This document shows, in pieces, positions 55,414 through 64,000 of a stretch of DNA of 64,000 bases (within the stretch, counting starts at the first letter, position 1; the number at the start of each line of letters is the position of its first letter). This DNA is from Candidatus Bruticola sp. Lineage in GTDB: Bacteria; Vulcanimicrobiota; Xenobia; Xenobiales; Xenobiaceae. The DNA lies in assembly GCA_051874735.1 (NCBI GenBank), contig JBJEGD010000026.1, forward strand, positions 91,452 to 155,451, given 5' to 3'. The translations under genes were made by a program, and so were the position numbers. The notes beneath the pieces are model-generated. The model did not search any database, had not been told where the DNA came from, and worked only from the letters and a program-made list of their open reading frames with translations.

Positions 55414-57486
55414 GTGTACAGAGGTGCTAAAGTGCATTTTAAAGAGAAAAATACGGGGTACAGTTTCTCATTTGGTTCAAAGTTTGGCAGAAGAGTGGCG
55501 TTTTTTTGTTCTCTTTTAGCCTTAGGAGGGACAGCGCAGGCTCAATCTGTCAATCCTTCCATTGATAATACCGCTAGTCCAAATTTTTATCGTCAACAAT
55601 CGGCGGTTTACGAGAAATGTGATGAACTTTTGGCCTCTGCTGAACAGCCGGAAATACAGTTGCGTGTTAATAAGAAAAACACACCTGCCGCTGTGGGAAC
55701 CCCTGAATACAATTATCAGCTGGCTAAGAAGTATTACGATGAAAAAGTTTATTATAAAGCTATTAAATTCTTTACTCAGGCGGCCGAAGGCGGTCATATT
55801 GAAGCACAGAGTTTCTTAGGAAGATGCTATTATGAAGGCAGTGGGGTTGAACGCGATTACTATAAAGCTGCAGAATGGCTTTCTAAAGCTGCCGATCAAG
55901 ATGAACACCTTGCTCAGTACTACATGGGTATGTGCTACGAAAGTGGTTTAGGGGTAGAACAAAGTTTCGATTCTGCAGTTAGTTATTATGAGAGAGCGGC
56001 GTTCGGCGGTGTCCCTGAAGCTCAAAATGCTTTGGGGCGCTACTATTACTTTGGCCGGTGGGTAGATCGCGATTATCATCAGGCTGCTGAGTGGTTTTTG
56101 AGAGCTGCAAATCAGAAGCTTCCCAATGCCATGTATAATTTAGGGGTTTGCTACGATTTAGGGCAGGGAGTAGAAAAAGACCCGCAAAAAGCTGTCGATC
56201 TTTATTTTAGAGCAGCCAACGCTGGTGAGGCCAGTGCGCAGTGCAATTTGGGCATGTGCTATAGCTCCGGATCGGGCGTAGAGAAAAATTTAAATAAGGC
56301 TTTTTTATGGTATCAGCGAGCAGCCGCTAGTGGCAATATTAAGGCTCAAAATAATTTGGGAGTATGCTACAAAAACGGTGAAGGCGTGCAGCGTAATCCG
56401 CGCGAAGCTGCCCGCCTTTTTATAGCTGCTGCTGATCAAGGTTTGGCTGGAGCTCAATATAATGCTGGTTGGTCTTATTTAAATGGTTTCGGCGTCGGAC
56501 GCGATTACAAAAAGGCTTTTGAGTATTTCTCGAATGCTGCAGCTCAAAATTATCCTAAAGCTCAGCTTCAATTAGCTAACCTTTATTATAAAGGTTGCGG
56601 TACTGAACAAGATTATACTGAGGCTGTTCGGTGGTATACTATGGCTGCTAATCACGGTATACCCTCTGCTAAGTACTATTTAGCACGTTGCTATGCTCTA
56701 GGTCAGGGTGGGACCAAAGATTTAGGTAAGGCTGTTGAATTTTACACTGAAGCTGCTGAGGGAGGCGATGGGGAAGCGCAAACTCAGTTGGGACTCTGCT
56801 ACAGAAACGGCATTGTCGTATCCCAGGATTACGCTGAAGCTGCCAAATTGTTTGAGAAAGCTGCTGCCCAAAATATACCTGAAGCTCAGGCTTATTTGGG
56901 AGTAGCCTATCTTTTGGGAGAAGGTATTCAAGCCGATTATCAAGAGGCTTATAAACTTTTATCTAAAGCGGCTGACAGAGGAAATGCTTTAGCCGACTAT
57001 GCGTTGGGTTGCATGTTCTATGAAGGGTTGGGAGTGCAGAAAAACTTTAGTAGAAGCATAAGTCATTGGAACAATGTGGCTCGCAGCGGTTATGCAGAAG
57101 CACAAAATAATTTAGGATACTGCTACTATTACGGACGGGCAAGCGAACAGAACGAGCAAAAGGCCCTGAAGTGGTGGCGTCGGGCAGCTGATCAAGGCTG
57201 GGCTAATGCTGAAAATGCCTTAGGTGTGGCTTATTTTACTGGAATAGTAGTAAACGTAAATTATCCGATTGCTCAGGAGTGGTTTAAAAAAGCGGCAGAG
57301 CACGGCGATCCTGAGGGAGAGAAGAATTTCGCCATAATGCAGGGGGCCGATTTAGAGACGATGCCTACATTGACAGATCTTGTAAATCTGAAGTTCGATT
57401 ATAGGCCTGCTTCCGAAATCGAAAAGTTTATTAAGACATATGAGGAACGGGTGAAAACAACGGAACAGACTGGAGAATCAAGTTAA
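55414..57486 (+). CDS. Secreted Sel1/TPR-like repeat protein (about 15 Sel1 repeats).
   Basis: Signal peptide, then repeated A…W…AA.QG…AQ..LG.CY..G.GV..D…A..W units. Confidence 0.85.
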   Translation: MYRGAKVHFKEKNTGYSFSFGSKFGRRVAFFCSLLALGGTAQAQSVNPSIDNTASPNFYRQQSAVYEKCDELLASAEQPEIQLRVNKKNTPAAVGTPEYNYQLAKKYYDEKVYYKAIKFFTQAAEGGHIEAQSFLGRCYYEGSGVERDYYKAAEWLSKAADQDEHLAQYYMGMCYESGLGVEQSFDSAVSYYERAAFGGVPEAQNALGRYYYFGRWVDRDYHQAAEWFLRAANQKLPNAMYNLGVCYDLGQGVEKDPQKAVDLYFRAANAGEASAQCNLGMCYSSGSGVEKNLNKAFLWYQRAAASGNIKAQNNLGVCYKNGEGVQRNPREAARLFIAAADQGLAGAQYNAGWSYLNGFGVGRDYKKAFEYFSNAAAQNYPKAQLQLANLYYKGCGTEQDYTEAVRWYTMAANHGIPSAKYYLARCYALGQGGTKDLGKAVEFYTEAAEGGDGEAQTQLGLCYRNGIVVSQDYAEAAKLFEKAAAQNIPEAQAYLGVAYLLGEGIQADYQEAYKLLSKAADRGNALADYALGCMFYEGLGVQKNFSRSISHWNNVARSGYAEAQNNLGYCYYYGRASEQNEQKALKWWRRAADQGWANAENALGVAYFTGIVVNVNYPIAQEWFKKAAEHGDPEGEKNFAIMQGADLETMPTLTDLVNLKFDYRPASEIEKFIKTYEERVKTTEQTGESS

Positions 57487-57491
57487 AATTC

Positions 57492-58064
57492 ATGGAACAC
57501 GACTTAAGTTTATCTGAATTTGAAAAGATGCGTTTAGGATTGGTTTACGATCCCTACGATGCCGATTTATTGCGCCGTCGTCAGCGTGCTCTCAGCTTAA
57601 CTGAGCGTTTCAATGCGCTATCTCCTTTCAGCAGCAAAGATAGAGAGTTGATAGCTGCTGAGCTGTTTTCATCTATAGGAACGGAAACGTGTATTATGCC
57701 TCACTTCCATTGTGATTACGGAGAAAACATATGTTTAGGAAGCCGGTGCTATATTAATTACAATTGTGTTATGCTGGACTGTGCACCGATTTCCATAGGT
57801 GACAGTGTACTGATAGGCCCCGGGTGTGGATTGTATACGGCTGCTCATCCTTTAGAAAGCGAGTTGCGCCTTCAGGGAATTGAAACTGCTAGAGGCATCA
57901 GTATCGGCAATGGTGTGTGGCTGGGAGGAAACGTCACAGTGCTGCCTGGGGTGTCTATTGGAGAGTATTCTGTAATCGGCGCCGGGAGTGTGGTTACTAA
58001 AGATATCCCGCCTCATAGTTTAGCTTACGGAAATCCGTGTCGGGTGGTGAAAAATATACCTTAG
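57492..58064 (+). CDS. Maltose/galactoside O-acetyltransferase family (hexapeptide) enzyme.
   Basis: N-terminal Mac domain (EKMRLGLVYDPYD) and a C-terminal left-handed beta-helix with catalytic His. Confidence 0.8.
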   Translation: MEHDLSLSEFEKMRLGLVYDPYDADLLRRRQRALSLTERFNALSPFSSKDRELIAAELFSSIGTETCIMPHFHCDYGENICLGSRCYINYNCVMLDCAPISIGDSVLIGPGCGLYTAAHPLESELRLQGIETARGISIGNGVWLGGNVTVLPGVSIGEYSVIGAGSVVTKDIPPHSLAYGNPCRVVKNIP

Positions 58065-58158
58065 CCCGTCCTTACACTACATTTTGTATATATATTTACT
58101 AAAGCCGCATTGTGTAATATGCGGCTCAATTTTTTTGTTTGAGAGAATGTAATTTATT

Positions 58159-58869
58159 ATGCTGGTTGGTTCAATTACAAATGCTATTTCCGTTATTGTA
58201 GGATCCACCTTGGGATTGCTTTTTAGTAGAGGTATACCTAAACATTTTAATAAAACTATTATGGGCGGATTGGGATTATGTTTGCTATACATAGGTATAA
58301 GCGGTTTAAGTTCAGGTAAACAGCCTCTGCTTATTATTATGTCCGTAGTTTTGGGAACTTTGACAGGGGAGGCTTTGCGTTTAAATGCACGATTAGAAAA
58401 GCTAGGAACTTTAATCGGACGTAAATTTGCTAAAAGCAGCGGGGAAGGGCGCAATTTCTCTCAAGGATTCATATCCGCTTCTTTATTTTATTGTATAGGA
58501 TCGATGGCTTTTATGGGGGCCCTGCAGGACGGATTATGCGGCGATCATAAAATACTGTTCGCAAAATCGGCTATCGACGTTACTTCTTCTGTATTTTTTG
58601 CTTCTAGTATGGGAGCGGGAGTGGCTTTATCTGCCTTGCCTATTTTTCTGGTTGAGGGAGGAATCGCTGCCGGCGCAAGATTGGCAGCTCCATTTTTAAC
58701 CACTGCAGCTATCGGAGAATTAAATTGTGTAGGATCGGTAATAGTGATCGGTATAGGGTTAAATATGCTAGATATTACTAAGCTAAAGATGGCTAACTAC
58801 ATTCCCGCTGTGTTTTTTCCATTTGTACTGATGCCTATTTTCAATTATGTTTCTACTCTGTTCCAATAA
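58159..58869 (+). CDS. DUF554-family integral membrane protein.
   Basis: Polytopic membrane protein with a Gly-rich sequence typical of DUF554. Confidence 0.6.
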   Translation: MLVGSITNAISVIVGSTLGLLFSRGIPKHFNKTIMGGLGLCLLYIGISGLSSGKQPLLIIMSVVLGTLTGEALRLNARLEKLGTLIGRKFAKSSGEGRNFSQGFISASLFYCIGSMAFMGALQDGLCGDHKILFAKSAIDVTSSVFFASSMGAGVALSALPIFLVEGGIAAGARLAAPFLTTAAIGELNCVGSVIVIGIGLNMLDITKLKMANYIPAVFFPFVLMPIFNYVSTLFQ

Positions 58870-58971
58870 AAAAGGGAAGGAACTAAAATCCTTTTTTTTT
58901 GATTAGTTTTCCTTCTTTAGGTTGACTTCTGACTGGACTGTGGTGATAATTGAAGCAAGGAATTAGAAGGG

Positions 58972-60177
58972 TTGGCGGAACTCAATCGAGTGTTGAAGCC
59001 AACTCGGAGGTGGCTGCGCTGCTTAGTGAGTCGCTGTAAGGGTGGCGTTGGCTTAAGTCTTCAGATGGTTGAGGGTCAGATGATTTCACAGCAAGTTAAT
59101 AATGGTATTAGTATTCAGTCCCTGCAGAGTGGGCAGGTTTCTTTCCAGGGAAAAACTGGAGTAACTCAGGCTTTGTCCGGTATCAGCAAGGGGTTGGTAG
59201 GTGCAGAGTCTGCATCAGCTTCTACCGGATCTAATTCCAGCGCCAGTTTAGAGGCCACAAGTAGTGTATCTAACTTGCTTGGAGTGAATTCTTCCGATAC
59301 GGCTTCTTCTACTGACAACATAACTAGAGCTAATGAGAACAGGCAGGCTAACAGTTTTAATCCGTTAGATCCAGAAGGCAATGCCAATCGTGATATCGAC
59401 GGTAGTTTCAGCGGTATTTCCGACTATTCTAGAGATTGGTTAGAGAGCGTGTTCAGCGTCTATCGCGATGAAAACAGCGGCCAGTCAGTAGCGCTTCAGA
59501 ATTATTTAAACAGTTGCAACAGCGTTTTGAGCGATTTCGTGCCTACGAAGGTCGATCTGTTCTCCCAGCAGTATCAGAATTTGACTGGTATCAAACCTGG
59601 AAACGGCTTCGATCCTAGTGTTTCGTCGCAGAGTTGTCCTATGTGTGGAAGCTCCTTATCTAATTCTAAGCCCGGTTCGGTAGCCTACTTCCAGTCTACC
59701 GCTCCCACTTTTAGCAATGTAGAAATGTTTTTACCTCCTGCGGGTAGTTTCGGCTCTAAGAATATCGTGAATGGCGATTTGGATGTTTTTGGAGCTAATT
59801 CTATCGCTTATGAGGGGTTGGCTTCCCTCTATCAGAACAGTTTTACTAATATAAATAATCAAAGTGGCGGCGTATCAGAAAGCATTCCTGGTTTCGATGC
59901 ATCTGCTTATATGCAGCAGATTCAAGATATGTACGGTGAGGGGTATACCTCTATGGCCTCCGATTATATGGAGGCTTGCGGTTTGAGCAGTATTTCAACT
60001 GACGACATCAACGCTTATATGCAAGAGGTTCGAACTGCAGCTATGTCTACTAGTCAGCTGGTTGAGAAGTATAATGCTCAGATGACCGACGGTATACTTT
60101 CCGACTCTGAGCTGCAGGCCATGTATGAAAAGGCTGTTTCCGCCAACGGTGTCTTTGCTAGTTCGTTCTTAGCCTAG
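58972..60177 (+). CDS. Ser/Asn-rich hypothetical protein. The start is uncertain (possibly the ATG at 59065).
   Basis: Long ORF with low-complexity S/N/G-rich sequence. No domain recognised. Confidence 0.4.
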   Translation: MAELNRVLKPTRRWLRCLVSRCKGGVGLSLQMVEGQMISQQVNNGISIQSLQSGQVSFQGKTGVTQALSGISKGLVGAESASASTGSNSSASLEATSSVSNLLGVNSSDTASSTDNITRANENRQANSFNPLDPEGNANRDIDGSFSGISDYSRDWLESVFSVYRDENSGQSVALQNYLNSCNSVLSDFVPTKVDLFSQQYQNLTGIKPGNGFDPSVSSQSCPMCGSSLSNSKPGSVAYFQSTAPTFSNVEMFLPPAGSFGSKNIVNGDLDVFGANSIAYEGLASLYQNSFTNINNQSGGVSESIPGFDASAYMQQIQDMYGEGYTSMASDYMEACGLSSISTDDINAYMQEVRTAAMSTSQLVEKYNAQMTDGILSDSELQAMYEKAVSANGVFASSFLA

Positions 60178-60219
60178 TTTATTGTAATATTAACTCTGAG
60201 CATAGTTCAGATTCATGAT

Positions 60220-60271
60220 GGCCCGTCTAACCACTAGGCAGTATTCACCTACAAAAGACGGGCCGTTTTTT
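60220..60271 (+). terminator. Stem-loop terminator (long loop) after the Ser-rich protein gene.
   Basis: GGCCCGTCT…AGACGGGCC followed by GTTTTTTG. Confidence 0.4.
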
Positions 60272-60286
60272 GTGCTCTGCCAAAAT

Positions 60287-60967
60287 TTATTGGTTGTTAT
60301 TGGGAGATTCAAATTTTAAGCAGCACATAAGGCGTCCGCAGGCTCCAGATACTTTACCCGGCGCAAGAGGCATCTTTTGATTTTTAGCCATTTTTATTGA
60401 GACTGAAGAAAAATCGCGCAGCCAGGATGAACAGCACAAACGACGACAGCATACCCCGCGTCCCCCTACTAAAATAGCCCTGTCTCGCGGACCTATCTGG
60501 CGCAATTCGACTCTTTTTTTTAATCGGGCTGCTAAATCATGGACTAAAACTCGGAAATCTATCCTTTGCTCTGCGTAAAATTCTATAATTATGCGAGTTC
60601 CGTCTAAGGTAATGTAAGCAGATAAAATATTCATAGGCAGATTGTGGTAAATAACTCTAGCTTTAATAATTTTTAAAGCCTGAGCTGCCTGCAGTTCTTG
60701 TTCTTTAGCTAAAACTATGTTTTCTTTGGAAGCTGCTCCAATTATGAGGCTGGGAGTGCTATGTTTATTTGTGTTGCTCAGTGTTTCTACTTTATTGGGC
60801 GAACTGTTAGCATAAACTGGCGGAGCAGCAGAAATTGTGCCTAGTTCTTTACCACGAGCACTTTCTGTGACAACTTTTTGATTTGGTTGGTAATCAGCCC
60901 CATCTATAGCTTCGAAAAAAGTCGGAGCTTTTATGGCAGGTAAAATAACTTCATAATATTTTTTCAT
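60287..60967 (-). CDS. PSP1 C-terminal domain protein YaaT/RicT-like.
   Basis: IDFRVLVHDLAARLKKRVELRQIGPRDRAILVGGRGVCCRRLCCSSWL…KMAKNQKMPLAPGKVSGACGRLMCCLKFE closely matches the B. subtilis YaaT PSP1 core. Confidence 0.85.
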   Translation of the reverse strand: MKKYYEVILPAIKAPTFFEAIDGADYQPNQKVVTESARGKELGTISAAPPVYANSSPNKVETLSNTNKHSTPSLIIGAASKENIVLAKEQELQAAQALKIIKARVIYHNLPMNILSAYITLDGTRIIIEFYAEQRIDFRVLVHDLAARLKKRVELRQIGPRDRAILVGGRGVCCRRLCCSSWLRDFSSVSIKMAKNQKMPLAPGKVSGACGRLMCCLKFESPNNNQ

Positions 60968-61211
60968 AGTCAGAACTTTCGTTAAGCTTCTTATTAATTT
61001 CTGCTGTCAGCCGACAGGGGCGGTGACTAAAAATAATATATTCACTTTTTTAAGTTACAGCTAATTATATTATACAATTCTTCCGTTTTCGTGTTTCAGG
61101 TAGCCGCTGATAGTTAAAGTTTTTGCCTTAGGGCAGGGCCGCAGGGAGAGTAAGCTAGAACTATAAGCGCTGCTGAAAAATTGTTAGTATATTTGACGGA
61201 GGTTATATTTT

Positions 61212-63185
61212 ATGAGCAAGTATGCTACTTACGCTGCTATTGCTTTGGTTTTAGCTTTAGGAACTCCCTGCTTTTCTGCTCCCGATACTTCCAGTCGTGC
61301 GAAAAAAGTTGGCCAGATTAGCACTGATGCTTTTGTGCCCGATTCCAATATGTCCCGCAATCAAATTCCCGATCGTTACAAATGGAATTTGTCCGCTCTT
61401 TTTAAAAATGAGGCTGATTTTGAGGAGGCCTTAATAAAAACTAAAGAGGGAATAGAGTCTATAGCTTCTTATCGCGGTAAGCTGAGCAACAGCGATGCTC
61501 TATATAGCTGTATGCAAGCCTATTTCGATACGCGTCGTCTAGCCAATAGCGTAACTTTATATAGCAATTTGCGTTTAACTACCGATTTGCGCAACGCTCA
61601 GCTGCAGGATATGGATGCTAGAGCCCAGGCGGTGATGCGCAGTTTTATGGCTAATACAGCTTTTATTCGCGATGAACTTCTGAAAATAGATGATAAAGTA
61701 ATTAAACAGGCCGTAGCTGATCATGCTTCTATGCAGGAATTTCTTCCTTGGATTCAAGGAGTACGCCGTCGTCAGGCTCACATTCTTTCTCCTGAAGAAG
61801 AGCGCATTCTCTCCTTAGCTGGGGATAACCAACTGGCTGAAATTGACTTAAATGAACTTCCTTCTGATTTCGAAAAAGCTTTTCAATCGCTTTATTCCGA
61901 TATAAAGCTTCCGGTTATTCAAGATGAAAATGGCCAAGATGTACAGCTAACCTTTTCTAATTACGGTAAGTACAGAGCTAGTAAAGATCGCCGAGTTCGC
62001 CAGGATACTGTTGAAAAGTTCTTTGCCGCTCTCAATGATTATCGCAATACTTTTGCGTCTCTTATGTCCGGTCAGGTTCGCTTCTCATCCTTCTTGGCTC
62101 AGTCCCGCGGTTACGATTCTGCTTTGCAGGCTTACTTAGATAAAGATAACATCCCGGAGCAAGTTTACCGCAATGTTGTGGATACCGTCAAAAATAATAC
62201 AGAACCGCTGCATCGTTATATAGCACTGCGCAAGAAGGTTATGGGACTTCAGGACATACATCTTTACGATCTTTACACTCCCTTAGTTCCGACTGTGAGT
62301 CGCGATATCTCCTACGAAGAAGCCTGTCAGATTATTCCAAAAGCTTTGGCTCCTCTAGGTGAAGAGTATGTAAAATCGCTTACTTATGGTCTCGATTTGA
62401 AAAATGGTTGGGTTGACGTCTATCCTCATGCTGATAAAGACAGCGGGGCCAGCTGCGCCAGTATTTACGGCTGTCATCCTTTTGTAAAGCTCAACTACAT
62501 GAATTCTTTTAATGATATGTCTACGGTGGCCCATGAGTTCGGCCACGCTATGCACAGTAATCTTAACTACGCTAAGCAGAATTATAGTAATTCCGGATAC
62601 GTGCCATTTGTAGCGGAAGTAGCTTCTACTTGCAATGAAAAGTTCTTATCCGATTATCTTATAGCCAATGCTAAAGATGATGCTGAGCGTCTTTATTTGA
62701 TCAATGAAATGCTCGATGCTATCAGGTCTACAATTTATCGCCAGGCTTTGTTCGCCGATTTTGAAATGCGTATCCACGAAGCTAGTGAAAAAGGACAGAC
62801 TCTGACGGCTGACTTCCTCAATAAAACTTATGCTGATTTAATTCGGGAGTATTATGGGCCGGAGTTCACTATCGATGCTAATGACGGCATTGAGTGGGCT
62901 TACATTCCTCATCTTTATTACAAATTCTATGTATTCTCTTATGCTGCCGGTATGTCAAGTGGCATTGCTATTGCTGACAGGGTACATAATGAGGGGGCTC
63001 CTGCTCGCCAGGCTTACTTAGATATGCTCTCTAGTAGTTCTTCTACTCCTCCAGTTGAAATATTGAAGATAGCTGGTGTCGATCTCACTAAACCTGATGC
63101 TGTGAAATCAGCTGCCCAATTAATGGATAAACTTTTAGATGAGATGGAAGCTATTTTAATTAAGCAACATAAAATTGAAAAATAA
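61212..63185 (+). CDS. pepF: Secreted M3B oligoendopeptidase F family metallopeptidase.
   Basis: Signal peptide, HEFGHAMH zinc motif and size typical of PepF. Confidence 0.85.
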   Translation: MSKYATYAAIALVLALGTPCFSAPDTSSRAKKVGQISTDAFVPDSNMSRNQIPDRYKWNLSALFKNEADFEEALIKTKEGIESIASYRGKLSNSDALYSCMQAYFDTRRLANSVTLYSNLRLTTDLRNAQLQDMDARAQAVMRSFMANTAFIRDELLKIDDKVIKQAVADHASMQEFLPWIQGVRRRQAHILSPEEERILSLAGDNQLAEIDLNELPSDFEKAFQSLYSDIKLPVIQDENGQDVQLTFSNYGKYRASKDRRVRQDTVEKFFAALNDYRNTFASLMSGQVRFSSFLAQSRGYDSALQAYLDKDNIPEQVYRNVVDTVKNNTEPLHRYIALRKKVMGLQDIHLYDLYTPLVPTVSRDISYEEACQIIPKALAPLGEEYVKSLTYGLDLKNGWVDVYPHADKDSGASCASIYGCHPFVKLNYMNSFNDMSTVAHEFGHAMHSNLNYAKQNYSNSGYVPFVAEVASTCNEKFLSDYLIANAKDDAERLYLINEMLDAIRSTIYRQALFADFEMRIHEASEKGQTLTADFLNKTYADLIREYYGPEFTIDANDGIEWAYIPHLYYKFYVFSYAAGMSSGIAIADRVHNEGAPARQAYLDMLSSSSSTPPVEILKIAGVDLTKPDAVKSAAQLMDKLLDEMEAILIKQHKIEK

Positions 63186-63212
63186 GTTTCTTTTTAGAAA
63201 TTTTTAAAGCAT

Positions 63213-63251
63213 AAACGGCTAGCTCGGCGGGCTAGCCGTTTATTTTGATTT
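63213..63251 (+). terminator. Rho-independent terminator after pepF.
   Basis: Perfect 11-bp stem AAACGGCTAGC/GCTAGCCGTTT followed by ATTTTGATTTT. Confidence 0.7.
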
Positions 63252-63311
63252 TAGGTAGAGCTGACCATCAGCAGAAAGAAGATCGAGCACCGTTGAGAGG
63301 CGACTTAAGAT

Positions 63312-64000
63312 TCATTTTGGCGAAGACGTCGCTCCGACTTTAAACTGATACAAACGATTGTTAAGTTCAAAACTTTTACTTTTAGGATTGTAGCTTTCGC
63401 GTCCGATTTCTCCCAAATTCGGAGCGTAGTAGGCTCTATAGGAACCGTCCGTCAGTTTACCCTTTTCTCTGCCGAAATAAGTTACGCGCAAGCAGTCGCT
63501 GTAAGAACCCGCTGCTGTGTTTACATCGTAAAGATCAGAATCTACTTGATACCACCGGTTTTCAAACATATATGGAGTATCCAAAGAGGAGAGAGGAGGA
63601 ATTTGTACTGTCAAGTTGATGCCTTCTTGACCTTTATACAAGCGCATGTAGGCCTGACTTTCAGCATCAATAAAATCTATGCCCTGCATTCCTTCTTTGT
63701 CGGGAGTAATGAGACGCTCAGGATCGTTGGGATCGGCCGCTGCATCATGACGTTTCCAATTGCACTTTACATGGGCGAAGGGGATGATATGCTCGTAGTT
63801 ATAGAAAATAAAGCATTGAGATATATTCTCTTTTTTTAAGTTTTCAGGAACTGCAGTCGTGAAAGTTTTTGAGGCGATATTGGGAGCTGCTAAGTATAAA
63901 CCTATGTCAGGCTTAGGCGGAGTTTTGTCTAAAGAAGGACGATTAGTTTTTTCGTAAGCAGCTAATACGGTACGCGGATAAAAATCTTTAGTTTGAGGAT
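63312..64000 (-). CDS. Hypothetical protein, 5'-partial. The ORF continues past the window end.
   Basis: The minus-strand frame stays open from the stop at 63312 to position 64000, with no stop upstream of the track Met at 63689. No family recognised. Confidence 0.45.
   Translation of the reverse strand, partial: PQTKDFYPRTVLAAYEKTNRPSLDKTPPKPDIGLYLAAPNIASKTFTTAVPENLKKENISQCFIFYNYEHIIPFAHVKCNWKRHDAAADPNDPERLITPDKEGMQGIDFIDAESQAYMRLYKGQEGINLTVQIPPLSSLDTPYMFENRWYQVDSDLYDVNTAAGSYSDCLRVTYFGREKGKLTDGSYRAYYAPNLGEIGRESYNPKSKSFELNNRLYQFKVGATSSPK

Noticed and set aside
1-64000. Search for tRNA, rRNA, tmRNA, RNase P, SRP, insertion sequences, integrases and toxin–antitoxin pairs.
   Set aside because: Nothing recognisable was found by eye. 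No cloverleaf-like GC-rich 75-nt blocks, no transposase or integrase ORFs, and no terminal inverted repeats flanking any gene. Absence here is by inspection only and should be confirmed with tRNAscan, Infernal and ISfinder.

Overview
The window is 64 kb of densely coding bacterial chromosome with about 55 protein genes on both strands. GC content is in the mid-40s. No rRNA, tRNA, CRISPR array, transposase or integrase could be seen.

The central third (about 26.9–46.7 kb) is an outer-membrane and lipid A biogenesis island. It holds bamA, four consecutive Skp/OmpH-like chaperone genes, an N-terminally truncated lpxD-like gene, lpxC, fabZ, a Gfo/Idh/MocA oxidoreductase, lpxA, a tandem-fused double LpxB and an ICMT-family methyltransferase. 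A convergent second operon carries full-length lpxD, a membrane protein, a calcineurin-like phosphoesterase and a third LpxB-like glycosyltransferase. An LptC/LptB/LptFG transport cluster follows.

The most unusual locus is 23.2–24.7 kb. It holds three tandem near-identical 90-aa genes of no recognisable family. Each has its own sigma70-like promoter and a GGAGG ribosome-binding site, and two have their own terminator.

Flanking regions carry housekeeping genes: a ManC/ManB fusion, tmk, holB, fabI, an Sfp-type phosphopantetheinyl transferase, a U32 Fe-S protein, yaaT/PSP1 and pepF. They also carry secreted enzymes (a GH13 amylase, an S9 peptidase) and several repeat proteins (an FPD-repeat small protein, a proline-rich 78-bp-repeat protein, a Sel1-repeat protein).

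The decarboxylase–tmk–holB order plus yaaT resembles Firmicutes-type synteny in a clearly diderm, LPS-producing organism. Some features, namely the three-POTRA Omp85 with an N-terminal extension and the bamA…lpxC-fabZ-lpxA-lpxB order, also recall cyanobacteria-related lineages. Lineage cannot be settled from this window alone.
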